In this document: positions 20,052-28,100 of the stretch, in pieces
Position numbering within the stretch: position 1 is the stretch's first letter
How the letters are laid out: each line of letters opens with the position of its first letter
Source of the DNA: Gammaproteobacteria bacterium
Lineage (GTDB): Bacteria > Pseudomonadota > Gammaproteobacteria > Steroidobacterales > JABDMI01
DNA length: 64,000 nucleotides
Assembly (NCBI GenBank): GCA_013001575.1
Contig: JABDMI010000071.1
Coordinates: forward strand, 1,171-65,170
Direction of reading: 5' to 3'
The notes under the pieces: generated by a model
What the model was told of the DNA's origin: nothing
The model's input: only the letters and a program-made list of their open reading frames with translations
Databases searched by the model: none
Made by a program: the position numbers and the translations under genes

Positions 20052-21092
20052 TTATAAAGCCCCTTCGAGTTCCAGTAATTTCTGCTTACGCCACAAGCCA
20101 CCACCATATCCGGTGAGTTTGCCATCAGCGCCGATCACGCGATGACAGGGAACAATAATGGCAAATCGATTATCCCCGTTCGCCGTCCCGACCGCCCTGA
20201 CCGCCTTGGGGTTTTTGATGGCTATGGCTTGTTGCGCGTAAGTTCGGGTTTCACCATAGGGAATCTTCAATAAAGCTTTCCATACCTGTTGCTGAAACTC
20301 CGTGCCCATCAATGCAATAGGCAGATCAAAACTTTTGCGTGTTCCATTAAAGTATTCTTGCAATTGTTGTTCGGTGGTTTGCATGACTGGATGCTCACCA
20401 GGTACGTAATAACAGCTGGTGTATTTACGCACCCGCTTGATCTGGGTTTCCAACATGCGCCGGTCAACAAATTCCAGAAGATGCAGACCATCATCATTGG
20501 CACAGATCAACATCGGTCCCAATGGCGTCATGATCCGGTTGACCCACATCCGGGTACAGTCTCTGGATTGTCCGGGTGGATTACCAAAATACTTTTTAAA
20601 CGCAGTGCGAAAACCACTTTCCGATTCGTACCCGGACACATCCATTGAGCGCGTGACATTTTCACCCAGTTTCATTTGTTGCATCGCTTCCCCCAAGCGT
20701 CGCAAACGCGAGTAACCATGAAAGGTCATGTTGTAGTGTTTTTGAAACCAGCGTCTTACCGCCGCGGGCTGTAAGCCTATTTCGCGTAATTGCCAGTCTT
20801 TCCAGCGTTTTTGCGGGTCCCTCTCAACCAAAGTTAGCAACTTTTGAATATCTGGCGGAATCTCATCCGTGGCTTGCAAGGGAGAACAGCGTTTGCAGGG
20901 GCGATATCCGGCGCGTATGGCCTCGCTGACGTCGTCAAAGAATTCGATATTCTTTTCCAGGGGTTTACGCGCCGTACAAACCGGCCGACAAAAGATACCG
21001 GTAGTTTTGACCCCGGTAATAAAAACTCCGTCAAACGCACTGTCGCGCTGCATGAAAGCTTCCAGCATGGTGTTTTGGCTTAATTGGTTCAT
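20052..21092 (-). CDS. ada: Bifunctional Ada: methylphosphotriester-DNA methyltransferase/AraC-type regulator plus O6-methylguanine-DNA methyltransferase
   Basis: N-terminal Zn-Cys motif (FCRPVCTARKP...CKRCSP), AraC HTH region, C-terminal PCHRV active site. Confidence 0.9.
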   Translation of the reverse strand: MNQLSQNTMLEAFMQRDSAFDGVFITGVKTTGIFCRPVCTARKPLEKNIEFFDDVSEAIRAGYRPCKRCSPLQATDEIPPDIQKLLTLVERDPQKRWKDWQLREIGLQPAAVRRWFQKHYNMTFHGYSRLRRLGEAMQQMKLGENVTRSMDVSGYESESGFRTAFKKYFGNPPGQSRDCTRMWVNRIMTPLGPMLICANDDGLHLLEFVDRRMLETQIKRVRKYTSCYYVPGEHPVMQTTEQQLQEYFNGTRKSFDLPIALMGTEFQQQVWKALLKIPYGETRTYAQQAIAIKNPKAVRAVGTANGDNRFAIIVPCHRVIGADGKLTGYGGGLWRKQKLLELEGAL

Positions 21093-21179
21093 GTGTGTAG
21101 ATTAGTAGAAAAGCTGCTCGGCTACCACCGAAAAATTAACACCGAATTTTTCCCATCGGGATGTAGATTACAATACCCT

Positions 21180-21863
21180 ATGCTTGAGACCTCGAAACCT
21201 GAAAAATGTGCAGTAATCGTGTTTGCCAAACGCCCACGAATCGGGCAAGGCAAGCAGCGACTGGCAGCCGAAATTGGCCAGCAAGCGGCGTTTGAAGTTG
21301 CTACTTTATTATTAGAACAGACCTTGGGCATGCTTGAGCAATGGCAAGGCGCATTAGTTGTCTCGCCGTCTGAAATTGAGGATTCTGATTGGGCAAGCCA
21401 GCTTTTGCAACGACCTGTGATTGTGATCCCGCAACATTCCGGTGGTTTGGGTGAGCGTTTACAACAGATTGATAATGAAGTTCGCCTTTTGGGTTACAGT
21501 AGTCTTATCTTTATCGGAAGCGACGCACCTTTGTTAAGCGTGGAACAGTTAAGGTCGGTGGAAAAGAATCTGGATAACTACGCCCAGGTTTTTATACCGG
21601 CACAAGATGGTGGCGTTACCTTAATGGCCAGCAATAAACCCTGGATGAATTTGGAATCGGTTTCCTGGAGCACAGATAAAGTTTTTAGCCAATTGAAATC
21701 TATGTGCATCAAGCAAGGTCTTAATCTGCAAATTCGGCCTAGTATGTATGACCTCGATGATCTCGACGCCTGTCAACAGTTTTTAAGCCGGGCTGATTTT
21801 GCAGACAACCCAAGTAAAGTCTTTGACAAAAAATTAAACACTATTCTGGATACGTATGCGTAA
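21180..21863 (+). CDS. DUF2064/TIGR04282-type glycosyltransferase-like protein (rSAM/selenodomain-associated transferase 1; arsenosugar-cluster associated)
   Basis: AVIVFAKRPRIGQGKQRLA N-terminus typical of DUF2064. Start moved to the ATG at 21180 to avoid overlap with ada. First gene of a tightly packed cluster ending in arsM-arsS. Confidence 0.7.
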   Translation: MLETSKPEKCAVIVFAKRPRIGQGKQRLAAEIGQQAAFEVATLLLEQTLGMLEQWQGALVVSPSEIEDSDWASQLLQRPVIVIPQHSGGLGERLQQIDNEVRLLGYSSLIFIGSDAPLLSVEQLRSVEKNLDNYAQVFIPAQDGGVTLMASNKPWMNLESVSWSTDKVFSQLKSMCIKQGLNLQIRPSMYDLDDLDACQQFLSRADFADNPSKVFDKKLNTILDTYA

Positions 21864-22614
21864 AAAACACATCTTTGCTTTGATTATTCTGGTGCTGCTG
21901 GCTCTCGCCATATGGCAACTGCCGGTAAAAACTTACCTGGAACAAGCCTTACTCTGGGTGGAAGCCAATCAAGGCCTGGCCTGGATCGTGTTTGGCGTTT
22001 TGTATATTTTAGCTATCGTTCTACTCTTACCGGCTTCCCTGTTCAGTCTTGCGGCGGGCTATTTATTCGGTTTACTGCAGGGCTGGCTGCTGGTTGTGGT
22101 TACCGCAACCATCGGAGCGAGTCTTTCCTTATTGGTAGGACGGAGTTTATTACGTGGCTGGGTGTTGGGGCGTGCGCGTGATATGCCCAATTTTGCAAAT
22201 CTTGATGACGCGGTGTCTAAAAAAGGTTTTTTGATCGTGTTTTTAACCCGACTTTCACCAGTGTTCCCGTTTTCCCTGATCAATTATGTGTATGGCGTGA
22301 CTAAAATAACGCCCCGCGATTACACCATCGCGACTTTTTTCGGGATCATGCCAGGCTCTCTGTTGTATGTGTATTTTGGCACCACAGCGAAAAATCTGCA
22401 GGAAGTTCTGAGTGGCAATGTTGAAACCTCGTCAGGCCAGCAATGGTTTTTGTATGCAGGCTTAGTCGCTACTTTGATATTAACCATCGTGATCACGCGA
22501 ATAGCCAAACATGCTCTGATCCAGGCCGCCCATATTGAACCTGCCCCTGGAGTAGAACATGAACCTGAACTTGAACCTGAAAATAAAAACCAAACTGAAC
22601 AACAGACCCAGTAG
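21856..22614 (+). CDS. TVP38/TMEM64 (DedA-related) family membrane protein
   Basis: Polytopic membrane protein with the characteristic LFSLAAGYLFG and RLSPVFPFSLINYVYG motifs; overlaps the upstream gene by 8 nt. Confidence 0.8.
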   Translation: MRKKHIFALIILVLLALAIWQLPVKTYLEQALLWVEANQGLAWIVFGVLYILAIVLLLPASLFSLAAGYLFGLLQGWLLVVVTATIGASLSLLVGRSLLRGWVLGRARDMPNFANLDDAVSKKGFLIVFLTRLSPVFPFSLINYVYGVTKITPRDYTIATFFGIMPGSLLYVYFGTTAKNLQEVLSGNVETSSGQQWFLYAGLVATLILTIVITRIAKHALIQAAHIEPAPGVEHEPELEPENKNQTEQQTQ

Positions 22615-22632
22615 TCGATCCAAGGACAAAAC

Positions 22633-24093
22633 ATGACGCCCGAACACATTATTTCACGCACGACTTCCGATGCCGAATGGAAAAGCTTGATCTTTCCGCA
22701 TGATTATCAAAATCCGATACCACAAGACAAGTATCATTTAGTTGTCATCGGCGCGGGTCCCGCCGGTCTGGTAACCGCCATTGGAGCGGCCGGTCTTGGT
22801 GCCAAGGTCGCCTTGATCGAAGCCAAGGCCATGGGCGGCGATTGCCTGAATGTAGGCTGTGTGCCCTCCAAGGCCTTACTGGCGGCGGCAAAAAAAGTAA
22901 AAAACGGAAAACTCAGTCCGGAAAAGGCTTTTGACTGGGTGCATCAGGTACGCGCGAATATTTCGCATCACGACTCGGTCGAGCGTTTTAGTGATGCCGG
23001 GATCGATGTTTTCCTTGGTCGGGGCAAATTTACCGATGCACACACCGTAATGGTCGGTGAGGCACAGCTCAAAGCCAAAGCCTTTGTTATCGCCACGGGC
23101 TCCGAACCCTTTGTACCGCCCATAGCCGGGCTGGAATCTGTTGCAGTACACACCAATGAAAACATTTTTGACCTGCAAACCGCGCCCAAGTCCATCGGAA
23201 TCCTGGGTGGCGGCCCGATCGGATGTGAAATGGCACAAGCCTTTGCGGATCTCGGCAGTGAAGTGCATTTGTTTGAGATGGCCGAACAAATTTTAATTCG
23301 CGAACATCCGGAAGCGGCCAAACTGGTCAGCGACAGTCTTGAACAACGTGGCGTACACTTGCAATTGGGTGAAGCTGTTCGACAACTTGCGCCCTCTGAG
23401 AATGGAATTCTGGTCACGGCCGGCGACACATCGGTGGAGGTTGAATGTGTATTGGCTGCGGTGGGCCGTAAAGCCAATTTCCAGCAATTGGACCTGGATA
23501 AGGCGGGTGTAGAAACTCACAAACGTGGCATTACAGTTGATTCGCATTTTCGCACGTCGCAAAAACACATTTTTGCCATCGGAGATGTGAGCAGCAAATA
23601 TCAATTCACCAATTACGCCGACGCCCAGGCGCGCGCAGTCATTCAAAATGCCCTGTTCCCTGGCAACAGCGCGACCAATACCGACCTATTGCCCTGGTGC
23701 ACTTACACCAAACCGGAAATTGCCCGCATCGGACTGGACGCAGCGGATGCCAAAGAGCGCGGAATTGAAGTGGATACCTATCGCTACGACTGGAAAGACT
23801 CTGACCGTGCCCAAACCGAGGATGACAAGCTTGGTTTTGTCGAAGTGCTAACCAAAAAAGGCAGCGATAAACTGCTTGGCGCAACCATAGTCGGTTCCGA
23901 TGCCGGTGACCAGATCGCCCCGCTTTCAGTCATGCTGTCTACCGGAACCGGATTAAAAGACTTGAGCGCAAGTTTGTTCTGTTACCCGACACGGAGTGAA
24001 TATTTGAAACGCTTATCCGATGCGTTCAATAAAACGCGTTTGACGCCGACATCCGCCAAGCTATTAAAATTTTGGCTCGATAAAACTCTCTAG
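22633..24093 (+). CDS. FAD-dependent pyridine nucleotide-disulfide oxidoreductase (mercuric-reductase/dihydrolipoamide-dehydrogenase-like)
   Basis: GAGPAG FAD motif and redox-active CLNVGCVPSK disulfide. No NmerA domain or C-terminal Cys pair, so it is not a true MerA. Confidence 0.85.
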   Translation: MTPEHIISRTTSDAEWKSLIFPHDYQNPIPQDKYHLVVIGAGPAGLVTAIGAAGLGAKVALIEAKAMGGDCLNVGCVPSKALLAAAKKVKNGKLSPEKAFDWVHQVRANISHHDSVERFSDAGIDVFLGRGKFTDAHTVMVGEAQLKAKAFVIATGSEPFVPPIAGLESVAVHTNENIFDLQTAPKSIGILGGGPIGCEMAQAFADLGSEVHLFEMAEQILIREHPEAAKLVSDSLEQRGVHLQLGEAVRQLAPSENGILVTAGDTSVEVECVLAAVGRKANFQQLDLDKAGVETHKRGITVDSHFRTSQKHIFAIGDVSSKYQFTNYADAQARAVIQNALFPGNSATNTDLLPWCTYTKPEIARIGLDAADAKERGIEVDTYRYDWKDSDRAQTEDDKLGFVEVLTKKGSDKLLGATIVGSDAGDQIAPLSVMLSTGTGLKDLSASLFCYPTRSEYLKRLSDAFNKTRLTPTSAKLLKFWLDKTL

Positions 24094-24094
24094 C

Positions 24095-24778
24095 ATGCGG
24101 GTCAGTATTATTATCCCAACCCTGGACGATAATCCGGCCTTGGTGAATTTATTGCAACAAATTAGCAACTGGCCTAATCAAGCCTATGAAGTGCTGGTCG
24201 TGGATGCAAAGTATGATGAAGCCTGTTCGACAATTTGCGAGCGCTATGCCGCAACGCACATTAGCTTTAATAAAAATCGAGGCGCACAACAAAGGCATGG
24301 CGCCGAAAAAGCCTCTGGCGATGTCCTGTGGTTTTTACACGCCGACGCAACACCATCACCAGACGCCCTGTTGGAAATCCAGACCATTATTGGATCGGGA
24401 GCGATGGGCGGTTTTTTCCGTTTTGCCTTTAATACTGAAACGACTTCATGGACCCAAAAACTCATTTCCGCATTCACCAATTGGCGCAGTAAGCATTTTA
24501 TTGCCTATGGCGATCAAGGAATTTTCGTAGACGCGAAATTTTATGCCACTTGTGGCGGTCATTCTGACCAAGCCCTGTTTGAAGAGGTGGCGCTGATCAG
24601 GGCTTTGCGCAAAAGCGGAAAACTCAAGCCTTCCGACCTCTCGATACGCGTGTCCACACGGCGCTGGGAACAAGACGGCTACTGGAAACGCACCGTACAA
24701 AACCGCTTTTTGGCCCTTGCCTATCTTTTCGGAGTCCAGGCCGATACCCTGGCCAGCTGGTATAAGCCAAAGCGCTAG
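24095..24778 (+). CDS. Family 2 glycosyltransferase, TIGR04283-type (rSAM/selenodomain-associated transferase 2; arsenosugar-cluster associated)
   Basis: MRVSIIIPTLDD GT2 N-terminus, DA..D region, about 227 aa; starts 2 nt after the previous stop. Confidence 0.75.
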   Translation: MRVSIIIPTLDDNPALVNLLQQISNWPNQAYEVLVVDAKYDEACSTICERYAATHISFNKNRGAQQRHGAEKASGDVLWFLHADATPSPDALLEIQTIIGSGAMGGFFRFAFNTETTSWTQKLISAFTNWRSKHFIAYGDQGIFVDAKFYATCGGHSDQALFEEVALIRALRKSGKLKPSDLSIRVSTRRWEQDGYWKRTVQNRFLALAYLFGVQADTLASWYKPKR

Positions 24779-24869
24779 AGCAACAAGGTACAATCGCGGG
24801 TTTCCGCTAACAATTTAGATAGCCTAATTCGATTAGCCAATAATAGTTAATTTAAAAAATACAAATATC

Positions 24870-25967
24870 ATGAATGCAAAAATACTAGAACCCGACCAAC
24901 TTAATGAAACAGACGTCAAAGCCGATGTGCGTGAGTATTACGGCGAGACTTTACAAGGAAGCCAGGACCTGCAAACCAATGCCTGTTGCGACACCGACCA
25001 GATGCCCCGCTACATTAAGGATTGTCTGGCCGATGTGCACGATGAAGTCTTGATGCGTTACTACGGTTGTGGACTGGTCGTACCGACTGAACTGGAAGGC
25101 AAAACCATTCTGGATCTTGGCTGCGGTGCCGGTCGTGATGTGTATGTGCTATCCAAACTGGTTGGCGAGCACGGCAAAGTCATCGGCGTGGACATGACGC
25201 CCGAACAACTGGCCGTGGCGCGCTCGCATCAACAATACCATGCCGACAAATACGGCTATGCCAAAAGCAATGTGGAGTTTCACCAAGGCGATATCGAAAA
25301 ACTGGATGCCTTGCCTATCCCGGATGGCAGCGTTGATATCATCGTGTCTAACTGTGTGATCAATTTGGCCCATGACAAACCCGCCGTATTGCAACAAGCC
25401 TATCGATTATTAAAAGATGGCGGTGAGATGTATTTTTCCGATGTGTATGCAGACCGCCGCATTCCACTGGAATTGCAACAAGACAAGGTTTTGTACGGCG
25501 AATGTTTATCCGGCGCCATGTACTGGAATGATTTCCAGAACTTATCCAAACAATGCGGATTTTTAGATCCTCGCATTGTGGAAGACCGCAGACTGACTAT
25601 TGAAAACCCGGAACTGGAAGAACGAATTGGGCAGATCAAATTCTACTCGGTCACTTATCGATTGTTTAAACTCGCTGGCCTGGAACCGGCTTGTGAAGAC
25701 TATGGTCAATCGGTGGTATACAAAGGTTCTATTCCGCAACAAAAGCATGGCTTTTTTCTGGATGCTCATCATTTGATCGAAACCGGCAAACAGTTTTCGG
25801 TCTGTGGCAATACCTATGACATGTTGAAACTCACACGCTTCTCAGAACATTTTGAGTTTTATGGCGATCGCTCCAGGCATTTTGGTATTTTTCAAGGTTG
25901 CGGCACCGAAGTCCCATATGCCGCGGCGGCCAATGCCGATGCTGAGTCTGGCGGAGACTGTTGTTAA
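24870..25967 (+). CDS. arsM: Arsenite S-adenosylmethionine methyltransferase-like protein
   Basis: Class I SAM motif ILDLGCGAGRD; conserved Cys residues including NACCD near the N-terminus and a C-terminal GGDCC; immediately followed by the radical SAM gene. Confidence 0.8.
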   Translation: MNAKILEPDQLNETDVKADVREYYGETLQGSQDLQTNACCDTDQMPRYIKDCLADVHDEVLMRYYGCGLVVPTELEGKTILDLGCGAGRDVYVLSKLVGEHGKVIGVDMTPEQLAVARSHQQYHADKYGYAKSNVEFHQGDIEKLDALPIPDGSVDIIVSNCVINLAHDKPAVLQQAYRLLKDGGEMYFSDVYADRRIPLELQQDKVLYGECLSGAMYWNDFQNLSKQCGFLDPRIVEDRRLTIENPELEERIGQIKFYSVTYRLFKLAGLEPACEDYGQSVVYKGSIPQQKHGFFLDAHHLIETGKQFSVCGNTYDMLKLTRFSEHFEFYGDRSRHFGIFQGCGTEVPYAAAANADAESGGDCC

Positions 25968-26924
25968 GTGACAATCATGCTGGATAAAGTAAAAAACGAT
26001 CTGATCGACAATTTAAATTCTTCCCGCGAGAAGTCCTGGCACACCACGCCCCTGGGAGACCCCAGAGGTTACATTCGTCCGCGCGAACTCAAAGAGTTAT
26101 GGTTTCATACCGGTACCGCCTGTAATCTGGCTTGTCCGTTTTGCCTGGAAGGGTCTAAACCCGGTGACACAAGACTCGATCGCATCACTCTGGAAGATGT
26201 GAAGCCTTTTGTCGCCGAAGCGCTTGAACTGGATGTGGAAAAATTTTCCTTTACCGGGGGTGAACCGTTTATTGTGAAACAAATGGTCAAAATACTTGAT
26301 CATTGCCTGCAATTTAAACCGTGCATGGTTTTGACCAACGGAACCGAACCTGTTCTAAAACGCCTGGATCAAATTGCCACCTTGCAAAATGCGCCACATG
26401 ACGTCTCTTTTCGGATCAGCATAGATTATCCTGACCAAAAACGGCATGACGCCGGGCGTGGAGAGAATTCCTATGCCCAGGCCTGGCAAGGCTTGCAAGC
26501 CTTGCATCAATTGGGTTTCAATGTGTCACTCGCACGGCAATTGGAAAAAGATGAAAACACCCAAGCCGTTGATAATCAGTATCGTGATATTTGCAAATCG
26601 TATGGTTTGCCGGAAGACATAACGATTGTGGCTTTTCCGGATTTTGCTTTACCCGGTTCAATGCCCGAAGTGCCCTTTGTGACCGAATCTTGCATGACCA
26701 CCTATCAAAATGAAGCCAGCCGCATGGAGTTCATGTGTGCCTTCAGCAAAATGATCATCAAAAAAAATGCCACCATGCGAATTTATGCTTGCACCTTGGT
26801 GGATGACGATGACGCTTATGATCAAGGCACCTCACTCAAACAAAGTCTGATCGAACCCGTTTCGATGAAACACCATCGCTGTTACAGCTGCTTTGCTTAC
26901 GGAGCTTCTTGCTCGGAATCTTAA
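25968..26924 (+). CDS. arsS: Radical SAM/Cys-rich domain protein (ArsS-type, arsenosugar biosynthesis)
   Basis: CNLACPFC radical SAM triad; C-terminal Cys-rich tail HHRCYSCFAYGASCSES. GTG start abuts the arsM stop (alternative ATG at 25977). Confidence 0.8.
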   Translation: MTIMLDKVKNDLIDNLNSSREKSWHTTPLGDPRGYIRPRELKELWFHTGTACNLACPFCLEGSKPGDTRLDRITLEDVKPFVAEALELDVEKFSFTGGEPFIVKQMVKILDHCLQFKPCMVLTNGTEPVLKRLDQIATLQNAPHDVSFRISIDYPDQKRHDAGRGENSYAQAWQGLQALHQLGFNVSLARQLEKDENTQAVDNQYRDICKSYGLPEDITIVAFPDFALPGSMPEVPFVTESCMTTYQNEASRMEFMCAFSKMIIKKNATMRIYACTLVDDDDAYDQGTSLKQSLIEPVSMKHHRCYSCFAYGASCSES

Positions 26925-27062
26925 TGACCACTTTGAGCATCACTTCAGCATTCTTGCTGAGTAAATAAGCACTCACACAATTTTTTAATTTGTTTAGTCA
27001 AACTTCCGAACGGAAATTTGCGCAATTCTCAGTGTTCGATATTCAATACACAATGAAAACAT

Positions 27063-27105
27063 AAAAATACATATATGAATTAATTTAACTCATATATGTA
27101 TTTTT
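27063..27105. repeat. Perfect 16-bp inverted repeat (candidate operator or AT-rich terminator)
   Basis: AAAAATACATATATGA (27063-27078) and TCATATATGTATTTTT (27090-27105), 11-nt spacer. Lies between the arsS stop and the 27175 ORF. Confidence 0.9.
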
Positions 27106-27174
27106 TGGTTATTTATCAGCAAGTTGATGCTAAAAATTAATCAACATTCTGTATTATGTCAAATCGAATTTTAA

Positions 27175-28041
27175 TTGTCTGATAAAAATATTTTGTCATA
27201 TATGTTTAAATTCAACCCAGTTATGACTTTAGACATTTACAGATCAATTATCCGAGCTTGCCCGGTTCTTATGCGGCCAATCATCCGCATTTTGCTGCGT
27301 GCCGGGATCAACTATAAGCAATTTGCAAAAATTACCCGTGAGGTTTTTGTGGATGTTGCTTCTGAAGATTTTGGCATCAGTGGTCGTAAAACCAATATCT
27401 CCAGAGTCGCCATCCTGACCGGAATAAGCCGTAGCGAAGTCACCAAAATACGCAAAAAACAGGAAGAATGTGGCGAGATAGAAATACCGCAAACCGTGAA
27501 TAACGCGGGCCGCTTATTGTCTGGCTGGCACGTAGACAAAGAATTTCTTGACCAAAATGGCAAGCCATTAATTCTCACTGTCGATGGCGACGAACCTAAT
27601 TTCACTTCATTAATGAACAAATATGGTGGTGATATCCCCGCAACCGCCATGCTGAAAGAATTAAAGCAAGTATCGGCGATTGCAATTAATGATTCAGGTG
27701 AAATAAAAGTCTTACAGAGATATTTCATGCCCATGAATTACGACGAAAACAGGATTTTTTCACTGATCGATGATTTTGTTGACCTTGGCAATACTGCACA
27801 CCATAACTTTACTCGTGACATTGATGGTGAATCTCGCTTCCAGGTAAAAGTTACTAACGATTATGTCAGTCTTGCCGCGTTACCAGAGTTCAAAGTCATG
27901 GTCGAAGAAAAATGCACGGCGCTACTCGAAGATTTCGATGACTGGTTAGCAGAACGTGAGATTGACCCTTCAACGGCTATTGCAGAGAAACAACAGATCA
28001 AGTTGGGACTAGGCATGTATTTCATTCAAGAAAATAAATAA
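27175..28041 (+). CDS. Hypothetical protein with predicted N-terminal HTH-like region (possibly DUF6502-like)
   Basis: Long uninterrupted ORF in AT-rich DNA. The segment RKTNISRVAILTGISRSEVTKIRKK looks like a helix-turn-helix. The start is uncertain (TTG 27175 or ATG 27202). The family assignment is from memory only. Confidence 0.6.
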   Translation: MSDKNILSYMFKFNPVMTLDIYRSIIRACPVLMRPIIRILLRAGINYKQFAKITREVFVDVASEDFGISGRKTNISRVAILTGISRSEVTKIRKKQEECGEIEIPQTVNNAGRLLSGWHVDKEFLDQNGKPLILTVDGDEPNFTSLMNKYGGDIPATAMLKELKQVSAIAINDSGEIKVLQRYFMPMNYDENRIFSLIDDFVDLGNTAHHNFTRDIDGESRFQVKVTNDYVSLAALPEFKVMVEEKCTALLEDFDDWLAEREIDPSTAIAEKQQIKLGLGMYFIQENK

Positions 28042-28058
28042 TACTCCAATTCTATATT

Positions 28059-28086
28059 CAAAAATCAAAAATCAACAATCAACTAA
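28059..28086 (+). repeat. Four tandem heptamers (CAAAAAT CAAAAAT CAACAAT CAACTAA) immediately upstream of the lipoprotein SD
   Basis: Read directly from 28059-28086; followed by AAAGGTG (SD-like) and the ATG at 28101. Confidence 0.85.
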
Positions 28087-28100
28087 AAGGTGCTGCAATC

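Noticed and set aside
21084-21179. N-terminal extension of the DUF2064 ORF (ORF-track start 21084)
   Set aside because: It would overlap the ada start codon region on the opposite strand. It also adds 32 non-conserved residues ahead of the typical AVIVFAKRP N-terminus. The ATG at 21180 is preferred.
22968-23477. 169-aa minus-strand ORF inside the FAD oxidoreductase gene
   Set aside because: It is antisense to a gene with clear FAD and redox-disulfide motifs. The Ala/Ser/Arg-rich translation is typical of a non-coding frame.
22633-24093. Possible mercuric reductase (merA) and hence a mer operon
   Set aside because: It lacks an NmerA metal-binding domain and the C-terminal Cys-Cys pair. No merR, merT or merP genes flank it, and the context is the ars-type cluster. 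I call it only a generic FAD disulfide oxidoreductase.
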